A DNA stretch of 63,965 bases, filler included, from Choristocarpus tenellus KU-1152 (Eukaryota > Protista > Phaeophyceae), in assembly GCA_964200185.2 (NCBI GenBank). It is 11 parts of 11 records of this genome, joined end to end, with 100 filler letters (N's around TTAATTAATTAA, not from the genome) between each part and the next. Parts side by side here need not be neighbours in the genome. Positions count along the whole stretch, not along the records: positions 1 to 5,000 come from CAXNAD020012216.1; positions 5,101 to 7,869 come from CAXNAD020024910.1; positions 7,970 to 14,369 come from CAXNAD020008216.1; 8 more parts are not named here. One strand, given 5' to 3'. The position numbers and the translations under genes were made by a program. Under the pieces are notes generated by a model. That model ran no database searches. It had not been told where the DNA came from and was given only the letters and a program-made list of their open reading frames with translations. Numbering within the stretch: position 1 is the stretch's first letter; each line of letters opens with the position of its first letter. Shown in pieces: positions 1 through 11,361 of the stretch.

Positions 1-453
1 GTGGTGACTGGAAATCAGTGGCGAAGGGGGTTCGCACTGGTTGGTCACAAGTGGTGGTACAATGAGAGCCACTTGTGTTGTGACATTCATACTCATCAAA
101 TCGGTAGTCCTTCCCATGATAATAAGCTTTGGTATATAGTATTTTTTTATTTAGGGTTGTGAACTGAAAGAACTAACAACTACAATAAAAATGATTGACT
201 CGATTTTTTTTTACTGATCCGGTTGAACTGTTTGCACACGTGACGACCCGCAGTGTCGCCTTGTTGTACATGGCGAGAATTCCAAACCATCCACAGTATT
301 GTAGGATCAGTAGTAGTTCTCAGTACGGAAACCTAATGTTAGCCATGAACATTGAAATGTGTAAGGTTGTGGTGAGTTTGTGAGTAGTAACACATTGTTA
401 CAAATATATTTATGTGCTTATGTGACCTCTTAATCCCCAGCGTGTTCAGTAGT

Positions 454-710
454 GAGTCAAATCAACTGAGAAGTAGGCAGGGTTGCATTTTGTGGGTCCT
501 GAGAAAGGGCAACAAGATTCCTTTTTGGTACAATTGCGGATTGAGCCTTTGCTGAGTTGTGGTGTCACTTTATGTGTGGAAAGGGGGAATATCAATCTTA
601 CGTATACTATTGTGTGTATGAAGCAATGAAATAGAATATTGCACAGGGTAAGAAAGATGACTTACAATGCAAAAGCGCCTTACATTGCCTACCTATCAAC
701 TTTTTTGGTT
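454..710. mobile_element. Degenerate copy of MITE family E
   Basis: Starts GAGTCAAATCAACTGAGA and aligns by eye over about 200 bp with the intact copy at 58913-59172. The right end is eroded and its coordinate is approximate. Confidence 0.55.
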
Positions 711-1449
711 GTAGTCATACTTCTGCTTGTATTGTGATAGAAATTACCGAGTAACCCCAATTTTTCAGTTCACATATTCAGTTATTCCAATTAATTGAAT
801 TGTCACGATCACAACACTACTAATCATATACTAGGCATAAGTAACTTCCTCGAACCAAGTATTGAGTACTTCTTACTACTATGATGGATACTATGTAGTC
901 ATAGTATATATGTTACGGTAAACACACCAGTTTACTTTACATATAATTGTGTGCCTGTTTTGTACAGGGTGGATGATGCTGGAGATTTTTCGAGATTTCT
1001 GATATCATCATATATTCCACTACGTCTAGCCTATGATTTTCCTACATAGCCCCAGACTGTAGGAGGTAAAAAGCACTTTATTACTTACATTCAAAAAGGT
1101 AGTCCAGAGAACAATAATACACACCACCACTGTTACTCCTTAAGAAGAGACAACAAGGACCATAAAAGAAAAGCACACAGTAGTGGAAGAGGGAAGGGAA
1201 ATTTAAGGTAGAACGAAAGGAATAAAACCAATAAGAGAAAACGTCATTCACTGCCCCAAAATAAATGAAACATAAGAAGGAGAAGATATTCATATAATAA
1301 TATTGAACAAAACAAGAATAGAAATCAGACACAAGTGAAAACACCATTTAGCAGACAGTGATGATGGTGGAGGTGGTGGTGGTGCTTTGGTTGTCCTTAC
1401 ATGACTGCTGCTTTGGTGCGACGTACAACACTGCTAGCTATCACACACA

Positions 1450-1750
1450 CACAGCTTCCTTGGAATGCCACTTGGATACGAGGAGGCATAATTTTGCCAT
1501 CATCCACACGCTCACCATACTACTACTAGTTCTCTTGTCTAGTGACCACGGGGGCTCCAACCCTTAGCTGCAATACCAAACTTCTGGTCTCATCAAGGTG
1601 GTCTTGGAGGCATGCCCACCACTTCGATCTTCTTCTTCTGTCTACCTTGCTTCCATTTTTCAGCCATAAAGGATCCCCAAACATCAATCGAAACCTTACA
1701 GGAATTCCCTCATCCCTATGTGTGTCATGGAACTGATCCAGGAATTAGGA
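1450..1750. repeat. Old dispersed repeat with a second, inverted copy near 48050-48348
   Basis: Exact 23-mer CACAGCTTCCTTGGAATGCCACT at 1450-1472 and its reverse complement at 48326-48348. Patchy similarity continues (CCCCAAACATCAA). Boundaries are approximate. Confidence 0.45.
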
Positions 1751-3587
1751 GTCTCCATATCCCCATCAATACTCTTACACCCACCACTGCTCATAATAAT
1801 AAGAGCATATATCTTTGTAAGCACAGGACGTGATCAGTGGTTTCTCCTTTTCCTGAAACCTATGGCAGAGTAACGAAATTAATATTTGATTATATCATAA
1901 ATTGCTAGTAAACTTTTGGAGAAATTGCAAAATTTCCTGGCAACCAAGTCTCAACACTCAACTATTCATCCTCGTCTACTACGTACAACTCTGTACTATT
2001 TAATAGTGTGAGTATTATATAAGTATATCCCAATCTATCAGTTCCAACTGTTTGCAGGCTCTGACAATAGAAATAGTATAAAAATCAGTACCAACTACGA
2101 TACTTCTATCACATCAAATATCTAATTGATTAACACACCCTACATCAAGCCGAAATTTCCATATAACATCGAATCGACCAATCACCTTTTAGCCAGTCGA
2201 TTTTCACAAGCAATGAAGGTCATCACTGCAGTAGTTAACCATTCCTGACAAACCACTGGCAGAAGATCCTCGTCTTCCTCCGTAGAATCACTGGAAAGGC
2301 TCAAGTGATGCCCCAGTCTACACGAAAAAGGAGAGTGGTGCAGCAATGAGTTGAGGGAATTACATTTGCGATGTGAAGATAAGCCGAAGAAGAACTGAAT
2401 TGGAGGGCGGAGATGTCCGTGTGGGCGGAGAAGTGTGTGGAGTAGGGCGTGAAGATCTACAATGATACAGTCAGGGCGACACTATCGTTCACCCTTGCCG
2501 ATGACTTCCTTACCTTGGTCACTTTCGTGTGGTGAGCTACCACTTCTTCGGGCCCCCTGCCTAGCATTTTAGACGTGGACCAAATATCAGGCTCTCTCCT
2601 CCACATATCTGTACCAGAAGTTGGATCTTCTGCAAGTAAATGCCAATTTCAAGCAGGACCCTGAAACCCTCCAGTTCAGGTCATCTTGGAGGCATCAAAA
2701 CCTATCCTTCTCTGATGCTCACATTTTCGTCTTCGGGATCTTAGCTACAAGTTCTCGGGCAAACAAACTCCACTCATCTCCACCACGAAACTCGCAAACA
2801 GAAACTTCAAAGCTATCTTTGCCTATGATACGTTGATCCTATTGTGGCTCGTTCTTTCTTATGGTTCCATGACGTCAAAATATATTGCGGATGTTTCTGT
2901 TTATGAAACCCAACACAACACACTACAGAAGTGCTGAAAGAAATTGGAAATGGGAGTAGAGTAGTGCGTGGTAGGTAGAGTCGCGCATTACGTGGTGTTT
3001 TTGATGGGGCCTGGTTCTGTGTGATGGGGGTTGATGAGAACCATCTGAGATGAGGTTCAGAAAGGAAGTGAGAGGTGAGACTGGCGCATGCTGGGCATAT
3101 GTTGGCAGAGTCACAGTGGTATGTAGATCAATCTACATTATTTTTTTGGTTGTGACAAGTCAAAACAAAAAACACAATCGAATTATCGCGAGTCAGTCAT
3201 CCTTTGACCCACATAACATTAGCTGAACTGGGCTGAATTACAAAAGGTGGCTCGCGCAAATCCATATGACTGCGCGCACGATCCACACCTGTGCCAGGAA
3301 ATCTCCAGAAGCGGACCTGTCCCTGACACGACCCTCCCCCTAGTGTGGATTCCATCCGAGACGGACACAAGAATGGTTGCCTATCACATACATCGGACAG
3401 GGTAGTGTGTGGAGTCACACAAAACATAGTGTTGAGTGTTACGTTGTTCAAGGTGCGGCAATATAATTCTGACCAATGATGTAAATGTAAGGAACGGGCA
3501 TTATCACCTTAGTACAAACTAATTACTACTGCTGTTCGTTTGCCATGACCTGTCCTTCGTGGTTGCCATGGAGCACGATGCGCAAAA

Positions 3588-4394
3588 ATGTTTTTCCCAG
3601 CACAGCTTTGCAGCCGTGTAGCAGCGAATCTTTATTGGAGGACCTTTGTACGCAGCGCCCAGGCCATGTCTAGTGCCGCTGCAGATATTGAGGATGCTCA
3701 CTTGAAGGCATGTGGGGCGGGGTTGGACAAGTATTCCGACCCAAAAACCGGGTACGGAGTGTTCACAGCTTTATTCCACGAACGAAGAGGATTCTGCTGT
3801 GGTAATGGCTGCCGGTGAGGGAAAAGGCTCGATATGCCCTTATTTATGTAGTGCCAACATGTGTACGACCGTGTGTCGGTCAACATCGATTTTGCCAACA
3901 GCAATCTTTTATACTAATTCTTGAAATCCTCTCTCCCTTTAGGCACTGCCCCTTTGGTCACTTGAGCATGTCCAAGAAATGTCAAGATAACCAGAGATTC
4001 GAGCAGGTGTGATCAATCAGGATAGATCGAGGCTGTTATCCTCCATTGACCCAATCAACAAGATTGGATGCCCTCAACAATAGGTTGACAACACATAACG
4101 ATCTTGTCTTATCTTGTTTTGCAACTCTTCCTTTTGCAGACCATGCTTGTCCACCATTCCACAGCTTTTGGCAAACGGCGACGCCCCCGGATTAACCCAC
4201 GGATAACGACAGGCGGTGCGTGGAAGACCTTCAACGACAGCATCAGCTCACCTAGGAAAGTTCTTTTCTGGAGCGGAGGGAAGGACTCCTTCCTCACCCT
4301 CAAGGCGATGCAAGCCGAGTCTAGTTCCTCCCGAATCACGCTGCTAACGACGTTTGACTCCTTTACAGGAACAGTTGCGTTTCAAAATACGAAG
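3588..4394 (+). CDS. DUF5522 (C1orf53-like) domain fused to a PP-loop adenine-nucleotide alpha-hydrolase (Dph6/diphthamide-synthase-like) domain; 5' part only
   Basis: Exons 3588-3814, 3943-4006 and 4140-4394 join in frame at GT-AG introns. The product has HLKAC...[34 protein letters not shown] followed by VLFWSGGKDSFLTL...LLTTFD. Later exons were not found before the contig end. Confidence 0.85.
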
Positions 4395-5000
4395 GTGAGC
4401 TCCTCTGTTGTTACACTCTTCCCCCAGGCCCTTACACAAACATACGTATGTGCGCTGGCCACGTGCTATCACCTGCAGGAATTGAGAAATGTAAGGTTTT
4501 AGGCCCCAAGAATAGAATATGAAGATATACTGAAGCAATGAACGAGGCACTTGGTCTATAACAGTGATGGACATGTCAAACTTGTTCGCATAAAGAGTAC
4601 CTGTAGTACAGGTCTTTCCGCTTTCAACATATGTTTGTGCGTTGGTACATGAAAAGCGTTAACTGAATGCCATCAGCACTACTGGGAATATCCACTCAGT
4701 ACTTCGCGCATGATCATGTCCAGAATGCGCCTTTTGCATTTTTAAGGCCCTACCCTGATGCGTCTTCACTTCAAACAAATGTTGTCCTACAACTGTAGAG
4801 TCACCTCTTTTGCCCTGTACGTTTTATCGATGCACGAGTAGGAAAAAATGTGCAGCAAGTTTTGCACGGATTTCTGTATTCTGTTCTTGATGGGAGGAGG
4901 TTGTGGAAATCTTCCACAGAGTTAGTGTTACTGTGCCAATGGCACATCTTCAACACACACAGGTGATATCCTCTGTCAGACTCAAAGTATCTGGGGGGGG

Positions 5001-5100
5001 NNNNNNNNNNNNNNNNNNNNNNNNNNNNNNNNNNNNNNNNNNNNTTAATTAATTAANNNNNNNNNNNNNNNNNNNNNNNNNNNNNNNNNNNNNNNNNNNN
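5001..5100. other. Artificial contig spacer (N44-TTAATTAATTAA-N44, stops in all six frames); first of ten
   Basis: The same spacer occurs at 5001-5100, 7870-7969, 14370-14469, 17520-17619, 21373-21472, 27064-27163, 32317-32416, 36369-36468, 42936-43035 and 51290-51389. Confidence 0.98.
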
Positions 5101-5179
5101 CCCCACCCACCCCCCCCCCCCCCCCCCCCCCCACCCCCCCCCCCCCCACAAAATTTTTTTTTTATAAGTATAAGGTTTG

Positions 5180-5345
5180 GGGGGGGGGGGGGGGGGGGGG
5201 TCTACACAAGAGTGTCCATTTGGACAAAACCAGGAAAAGTGCACTTTCACTATCCATCCAATGTATGGAACCAAATCACCCCAAAATCGCGACAAAAAAT
5301 GTTGCCCCAATGGACAGCCGTCACCCCCCCCAGATGCTTTGAGCC
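5180..5345. mobile_element. MITE family A copy, left end lost in poly-G
   Basis: Ends CCCCCAGATGCTTTGAGCC and its body matches 20619-20800. Another terminus of this type (GACTCAAAGTATCTGGGG) ends contig 1 at 4979-5000. Confidence 0.8.
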
Positions 5346-8300
5346 TGTGTCAAGGTCGAAACAGCCATCAACACTGATCATCCTGGTCTCGGCAAAAGAT
5401 AGCTCTGAAGATTTATAGGAGGTACAGTCGGAAAGTTTATAGAGTTGGGGGGTAGTGTCCTTGGTGACACATTTGAGCCCTAACCATTTCAGAGTGGGAT
5501 AGAACTGGAAGATTACCAACAAGTAGATAGTCTCAGACACCGAATAAAAAAATCGAACATTATTATAAAATTGATAATAATAAAAGAAGAGGGAATGGGG
5601 GGAGGATAGGTAGGGAGTATGGGAATCATGGTGGTGAGAGTGGTTTGGGAAGGGATGCAAATGGCGGAGGCAGTAGAGCCCGCAATATTAGGATGTCATT
5701 GACCTCCTCCATCAGCACCACATGCAAAATACCAGGATGGAGGTGGTGACTGGTTAGTAGGTGGAAATTAGAAGGAAGAAATGATCCCATTGGTTGGTAA
5801 TGAAAATCAGTGACGGAAATTGGTCACACTGGTTGATGACTAGATTGTTTGGTGAGTGGATACCAGTGCCGAAAATTGGCCTCATTGGTGGGTACCGTTA
5901 TTGTATATGGTGAGTGCATCCCCTAAAATATCTTTCCCTTCATTTGTCTCTATATGTACCAAAAATGATGATTGAGACAATAACGGGTTGGTAAGCATAA
6001 ACAAATATTTACCCCCCAGAGTAGTAGTCCCCCCACCAAGTCATGTCACCTCCACCAACCTATCAAGATAATTTTTGTGATGGTACTCAAATTTCAAATT
6101 TCAAATTCTTGATCATCTTGAAATAGAAGAGTTGGCTAACACCATCCATGATACAACTCAGTATAGTTGAGATATCAATTTATAGTTTAGTCTGTTTATG
6201 CAAGCCCAAAGGGTAGCAAAGAAAAAAGGCGCGACAGATTGCTTGTCATGAAACAATGGGTATTTGGAGCAATGGCAGGAAGCTAGAGATATACCCTGAA
6301 GCAGCAAGAGGAGAGGAAGGACCCAGGGAGGATAACGTGAAACGCCTACACGGATTACCAGGGTGTACATGTGGGGCCAGTTCCCCGGGCGAGTCCCCCC
6401 AGAACTCTTGCTGAAGGGGTTGTTGCCAGCCCCACGCCCCTGTCAAGATGACCGCAGAAGTGGTTGAGACAATTGAGTGTTGCTCGACAAATAGGGACTA
6501 GGAACAATGAGCCTTGCATGGGCACCTGAGTAAAGCGATCAACAGGTTGCTCAATTAGTCCATGATTGGAGGAAGATGATGACATAAGTTTTATATGATG
6601 CCTGTTGAAAATCTTTGAGGGGATACTTTCGCTCATCCCGTTGGCATATCTTGCCACTTTTTCGTCGCATGTGGCTCAAAAATGGTAAGTTGTCGGGCAC
6701 AGATTAGGGGGGCGGCAGTTGCAAGAATATTTCCTTCTGTGTGTTGAGGTGCTTATACTGCTCTCCGTTGTTATCCCCACGTGCCCCAATAGTCTCACCG
6801 ATTGCTAGCCACACCCCACCACGGCTTGGACGCTACAAACCCTGAGAAGGCCAGGCCAACTTTGTAACCATCGCACACTTACCTTATTTCGAAAGCGAGC
6901 GCCAATTGACAGAGTTGGGCCGCACTGGATCCAAGTGGAGGAACAACGTTATAGGCAGACAGTGCAATCAAGGGTGGCAAACGGGACAGAGCCAGTCAGA
7001 GGAATCGCCAAAGATTGACCCTTGAAGATTCTGCTCGCTCAATGTGGGTGTGGGATTTGTCTGTAAGGGGCAATTTATGAAAGCTCATCTCTCGTTCTGT
7101 TTGAAGTAGGAGGGTGGAGTATTTGGTGGGGTGGTGTGTGATTGTTTGAGAACTTAGTAGATACAAGTAATCAAAACCTGGGCAACCTATCAGCCATTGG
7201 CAAGTCTCGGGACCCAGTGTGGTGAACTTGGGTTGATCCTTTATGAGGAATGTGTAACTGAAATTTTCACCCTCTTTTGCCAGTGGACTTCACTATAGAG
7301 CCACATTGTCTCACTTCACCAGTTCTTCTCTCTCCACATTAATCTCGAGCAGGTATCTCTTTCAAACTCCCATGCCATTATAGGGCATGGACATTGAGTA
7401 ATTTGACCTATAGTAAACAACTGAGCATCCCCTCAACCACTCTGCTGGTGTGCATATCAACATTAAGTGACTCTAAGAAAGCAAAAAAATGACGAAAAGG
7501 AAGAAACCAATCCTTGACTGCGACTCATATAATTCCACTTTGCAGGCCACTAGTGAAGTGCCACGTATGTTGTAACAGTGAAAAGCATGCTTTCCCTCTT
7601 TATGTAGTGCAGTCTTCTTTTAAAAACTCATCGTATAGAGTTGGGACACTGACCCCCAGTTCTGAGTCGAACTTACCGATACCTCTACACCAAAGCTAGT
7701 CCCGGTCCTGCTGGTGCATGGGCATAACCAGCCAAGGATTCATAGCTGCGATGTTGAGTGACTGATTGGGTATCATATGGGAGTGTGGAGGTTGACCTTT
7801 GAGAAAACACCCAGTTGGGCAAGGAACCGAAGTGCCAGTGATGGGCAACACTTCAGATGTGATTCACTGNNNNNNNNNNNNNNNNNNNNNNNNNNNNNNN
7901 NNNNNNNNNNNNNTTAATTAATTAANNNNNNNNNNNNNNNNNNNNNNNNNNNNNNNNNNNNNNNNNNNNCTTTCCCCTCCCTTGGTGGGCCTCATTGGGG
8001 AGGTCAGCTAGCTGTGTCCTGAAGGAGTCAAAACGAATCCTGTTGAGGAGGCGTGTGATCTCGTGCTGAGCCCTCCTTGTGATCCTGGCGTCATGAGCTG
8101 CCAGGATGTGGACCTCTGGGGCAGGTGCAGGTGGTGCTGTTCCCCCCCAAGTTACCTAGTCTTGGCCAATAATTTCAGCCAGATCTTCTTGGGGAACACT
8201 TGTAGAAAGGAGAGTGTGTATGGACGCTCCTAAGGCCTGTATTGTAGGGCTTGTAGATACGGCCTGTTAGAGTAATTGTATTATCCACACGAACCTTATC

Positions 8301-9446
8301 ATATGATATATCAAGAATCGACCTCTCTATATGATATATATCAAATTGTTTTGATATATCATATTGAAAAAATGAAAATTGGATTTGAGACCTATCACTT
8401 TGTCAACTCATGTCCCATTAACACACATCTCCTCCTCGTAAGCAAGTCCTTGGCAGTATTCAAAACATTAGTGTGAGTAAAGTATCCATCGTAGGGAAGT
8501 TGTAAAGTTTTTGTTACCCGTGGAGAGAGGGTATTTTGTGTGGAAGGCGAAGGAGAGAAGGCAATTAGCTAACGGGAGAGGTGGGCAATAGGTGGGCAAT
8601 TATGCGTCTTGTAGTGGGGCCAACTCTGCCGATGTTGCTACTGCCCGTTGTACTGCAGTGCTCTTTCATGTCGCCAAATGCCTTCATGATAGACAGGAGG
8701 TAAGCGATGAGGTATGTGGAGCTGCTTATATCGTAAGGACTCTTCGTTGGCTCCATGCGAGACACGTTGCATTGTGCATGTGATTGATTGGGCATAATTG
8801 TGGCGAATCTCGCAAACTTGGCGAGGATATTTGTTGGACTGGTCAGGCCTTACATTAGGGGTGCTGAACCACCTCACTTAGAGCCTTTCCTTCGCTGTTG
8901 ACACTGGACCTCGAGTATTGCCTTTCCACAGCAGCCAACCTCGACCAGTTCTATTGTGTCAAGACTGCTGATTCTGTGTGTGCTCATCGCCGTCGTATTG
9001 CACTCAAATTATGTGTGATTCAAAGTCGATATAACTGCGGCTCTGATCTCATGTGACATGGAACTCGATCATGAAGATGCACAGGCCAGGCATTTGCAAC
9101 TATGGACGTAGGCCTGGATGACAGGTGGAAAGACGCGTATCTATCTCCTTGGCCTTCACTGTTCATGTCTTGCAGTCTCCATATTGATCATATGATCCAA
9201 ACGAAACTACGCAGTAATGGGAAGGAAGGGAATGGCTGGCACAAAAGAATTACGACTGACGCGCCACTGACCTTCAACTTCGTTGAGGACACAGGAGTGG
9301 CCAAGACGTGACGCAACTTGTCGCACTTAGCAGTACTTGTGTGGGACGTAACTCCTTACCTTCTAGCTAAGACCCTCTCGCTCATAAGTACAGGAATCTT
9401 AACCTTTGCGCACACGCCCAATTTTCCTGCCACGGACTCTCATTTC

Positions 9447-11361
9447 ATGGTGGCGCTGGCTTTCCATTTGACCCCTTCCTCTCTGACCCCGCCACACCTC
9501 ACTGTGGACCATCGCCACAGGATGGCGACGACTATTGAATCTCGAGGTAGGAGCCTGGAGGGTTCAGTGGTAGAGCTTCGGGGAGGAGATACTATTGGTG
9601 GTGGCAAGGTAAAGCACAGCATTGATAGCTAGAGATGCTACCCACCCACTCACCCCCTCATTCATTTCCCATCTCTCTATTTTTTTACAGTTTGTTGATT
9701 AGGCTTCTTTTGGCAACCTAGCTGCCAACCCTTTATCTTTCAAACTCCCCACCTCTGTCTGTTCCACTCTCAACTTCCTTCTACCTCCCAAACTCTGCCA
9801 CCCTGGCGTGATCATTCCATTTTTCACAAGTCCCACCTTTCTCACCTGTAACCTGTGTGGCAACTTACAGTAGGACATGAGAAAAAAAATCTGAGGTAGG
9901 ATAGTATACCTTTCCAAGCTTGTTGAAAACCCAGCTTTTTATGCATTTGGATATGTATGCGACAGCAACATGTGAATTTGACTCTGCTAGTGTTAACTGG
10001 ATATGAAATATTGACTTGGTTCTCGTCTGTGGGATCAGACACCCATCACACTCACTTTAGTGGTATGATCTCATACAACCGAGTCCAGACTGATGGCAAC
10101 TCATCGGCTGTGAAGGGGAAGGGGAAGGGGAAGGGGAAGTCAAAGACGAAGAGCTTAAAGTCCAAGAAGGGGAAAAAGAGTGCAGTACCTACACTGTGGG
10201 CTACAATCAGGGCTTTCGTAACTTCCCTGCTCAATCCCAGGTGAGGTGTAAAGGGAGATGCCATATAAGAGGGGTGGGAGGTATGTAGAAGCGAATCTGG
10301 CCTGCACTGGCAAAAATAGTCAATGAGCGAGATGGAAGTTATTGGCTGTGTTATTTCTGGCAACGAGGAACTTCTTGTCATTGCTCCTTTTTTTTTTCAG
10401 CAGTTCTGACCCCATTTCTACATGTCAAATAAAACCAACAAGCTGAAATCATGGTTCTTCAACAAAAGAAGCATTGCAGAAGCATTACATTGAATAGTCC
10501 ATAAAAAAACGAGTTTCATGTGCGGTGGTGACGGAGATTGTCCCACTCCATCTGATTATTAACAAGTACACGAAAGGAACAGCCAAAAATAGATAATTTT
10601 GAGCAGTGAACCGTACCAATGAGGGTGAGATCTATTCCATAACCCAATAGCTTACTCTATTTTCGTGGCAACAGTTTGTAAGCTCTCGCCTGTGCTCAGC
10701 TGTCTGCGCTGCGCCCAAAACGTTGATGTGAGTGACCTGCAAGCAACCCTTCAGTCTTCATGACTCACAATCTTAGCTGTTACATGTTAGTACCATAGAG
10801 GGAATCGCGCGATATATCTACTGTTGAGACTATGCTTTTGGTTTGTTCAGTTTCACTAGGCTCTTTGAGCCTCCTAGGGGGAGTCTGTATGTTGTGCTTG
10901 TGGTACTCCAGAGGAAGGGTGTATTCATGCAGTTGTGTACCTGCGCTCCACCCCTATTTTGATTGGCAATTGATGAACACTTGCGTAGTCTGCCTGTCAC
11001 GGCAGACACTTTCAATGCAAGGATTCAGCAGCAGCTATAATGCTTGTTGGGCAGTATGTTCTGTGATATCACCATTTGCAGTTGCTGCACCTCTTAAAAA
11101 CGTATTCAAGTGACATTTGTTGTCTTTGCGAGCAAGTGCTTTTGTTTGGTAGTTGTACCGGAGTCGTGTAGTCCCTCCGTTGAGTCTGTTTTCCTGTTGC
11201 TGTGGATGTGTGAGACACTCTCTTCATTGCTTCAATCGCTCGGTTTTACCTCCTTGTGTTGTTTTTGCCCTTTTAACAGATTTGTGCTCAAACTGGAGGC
11301 CAAGCAGAAGGACCAGGTTACTACCGTCCATGGGACGGGGTCGACAAGGAGGCAGACGTAA
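9447..11361 (+). CDS. Small Lys-rich hypothetical protein with an LRGG motif; start uncertain
   Basis: Exons about 9447-9608, 10089-10240 and 11280-11361 join in frame at GT-AG sites: ...VVELRGGDTIGGGK|TDGNSSAVKGKGKGKGKSKTKSLKSKKGKKSAVPTLWATIRAFVTSLLNPR|FVLKLEAKQKDQVTTVHGTGSTRRQT*. Confidence 0.6.

Noticed and set aside
152-819. Possible hAT-like element (TAGGGTTGTGA...TCACAACACTA) hosting the MITE at 454
   Set aside because: The TIR is short and imperfect with no 8-bp TSD.
2205-2840. Exon-like open segments on the minus strand
   Set aside because: They could not be joined in consistent phase and no domain was recognised.
5101-5200. Poly-C/poly-G tracts as G-quadruplex elements
   Set aside because: They lie at contig ends inside MITEs where homopolymer sequence is unreliable.
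6290-7760. GTAAGT donors and open segments on the minus strand of contig 2
   Set aside because: No coherent spliced ORF could be built by hand; RNA-seq is needed.
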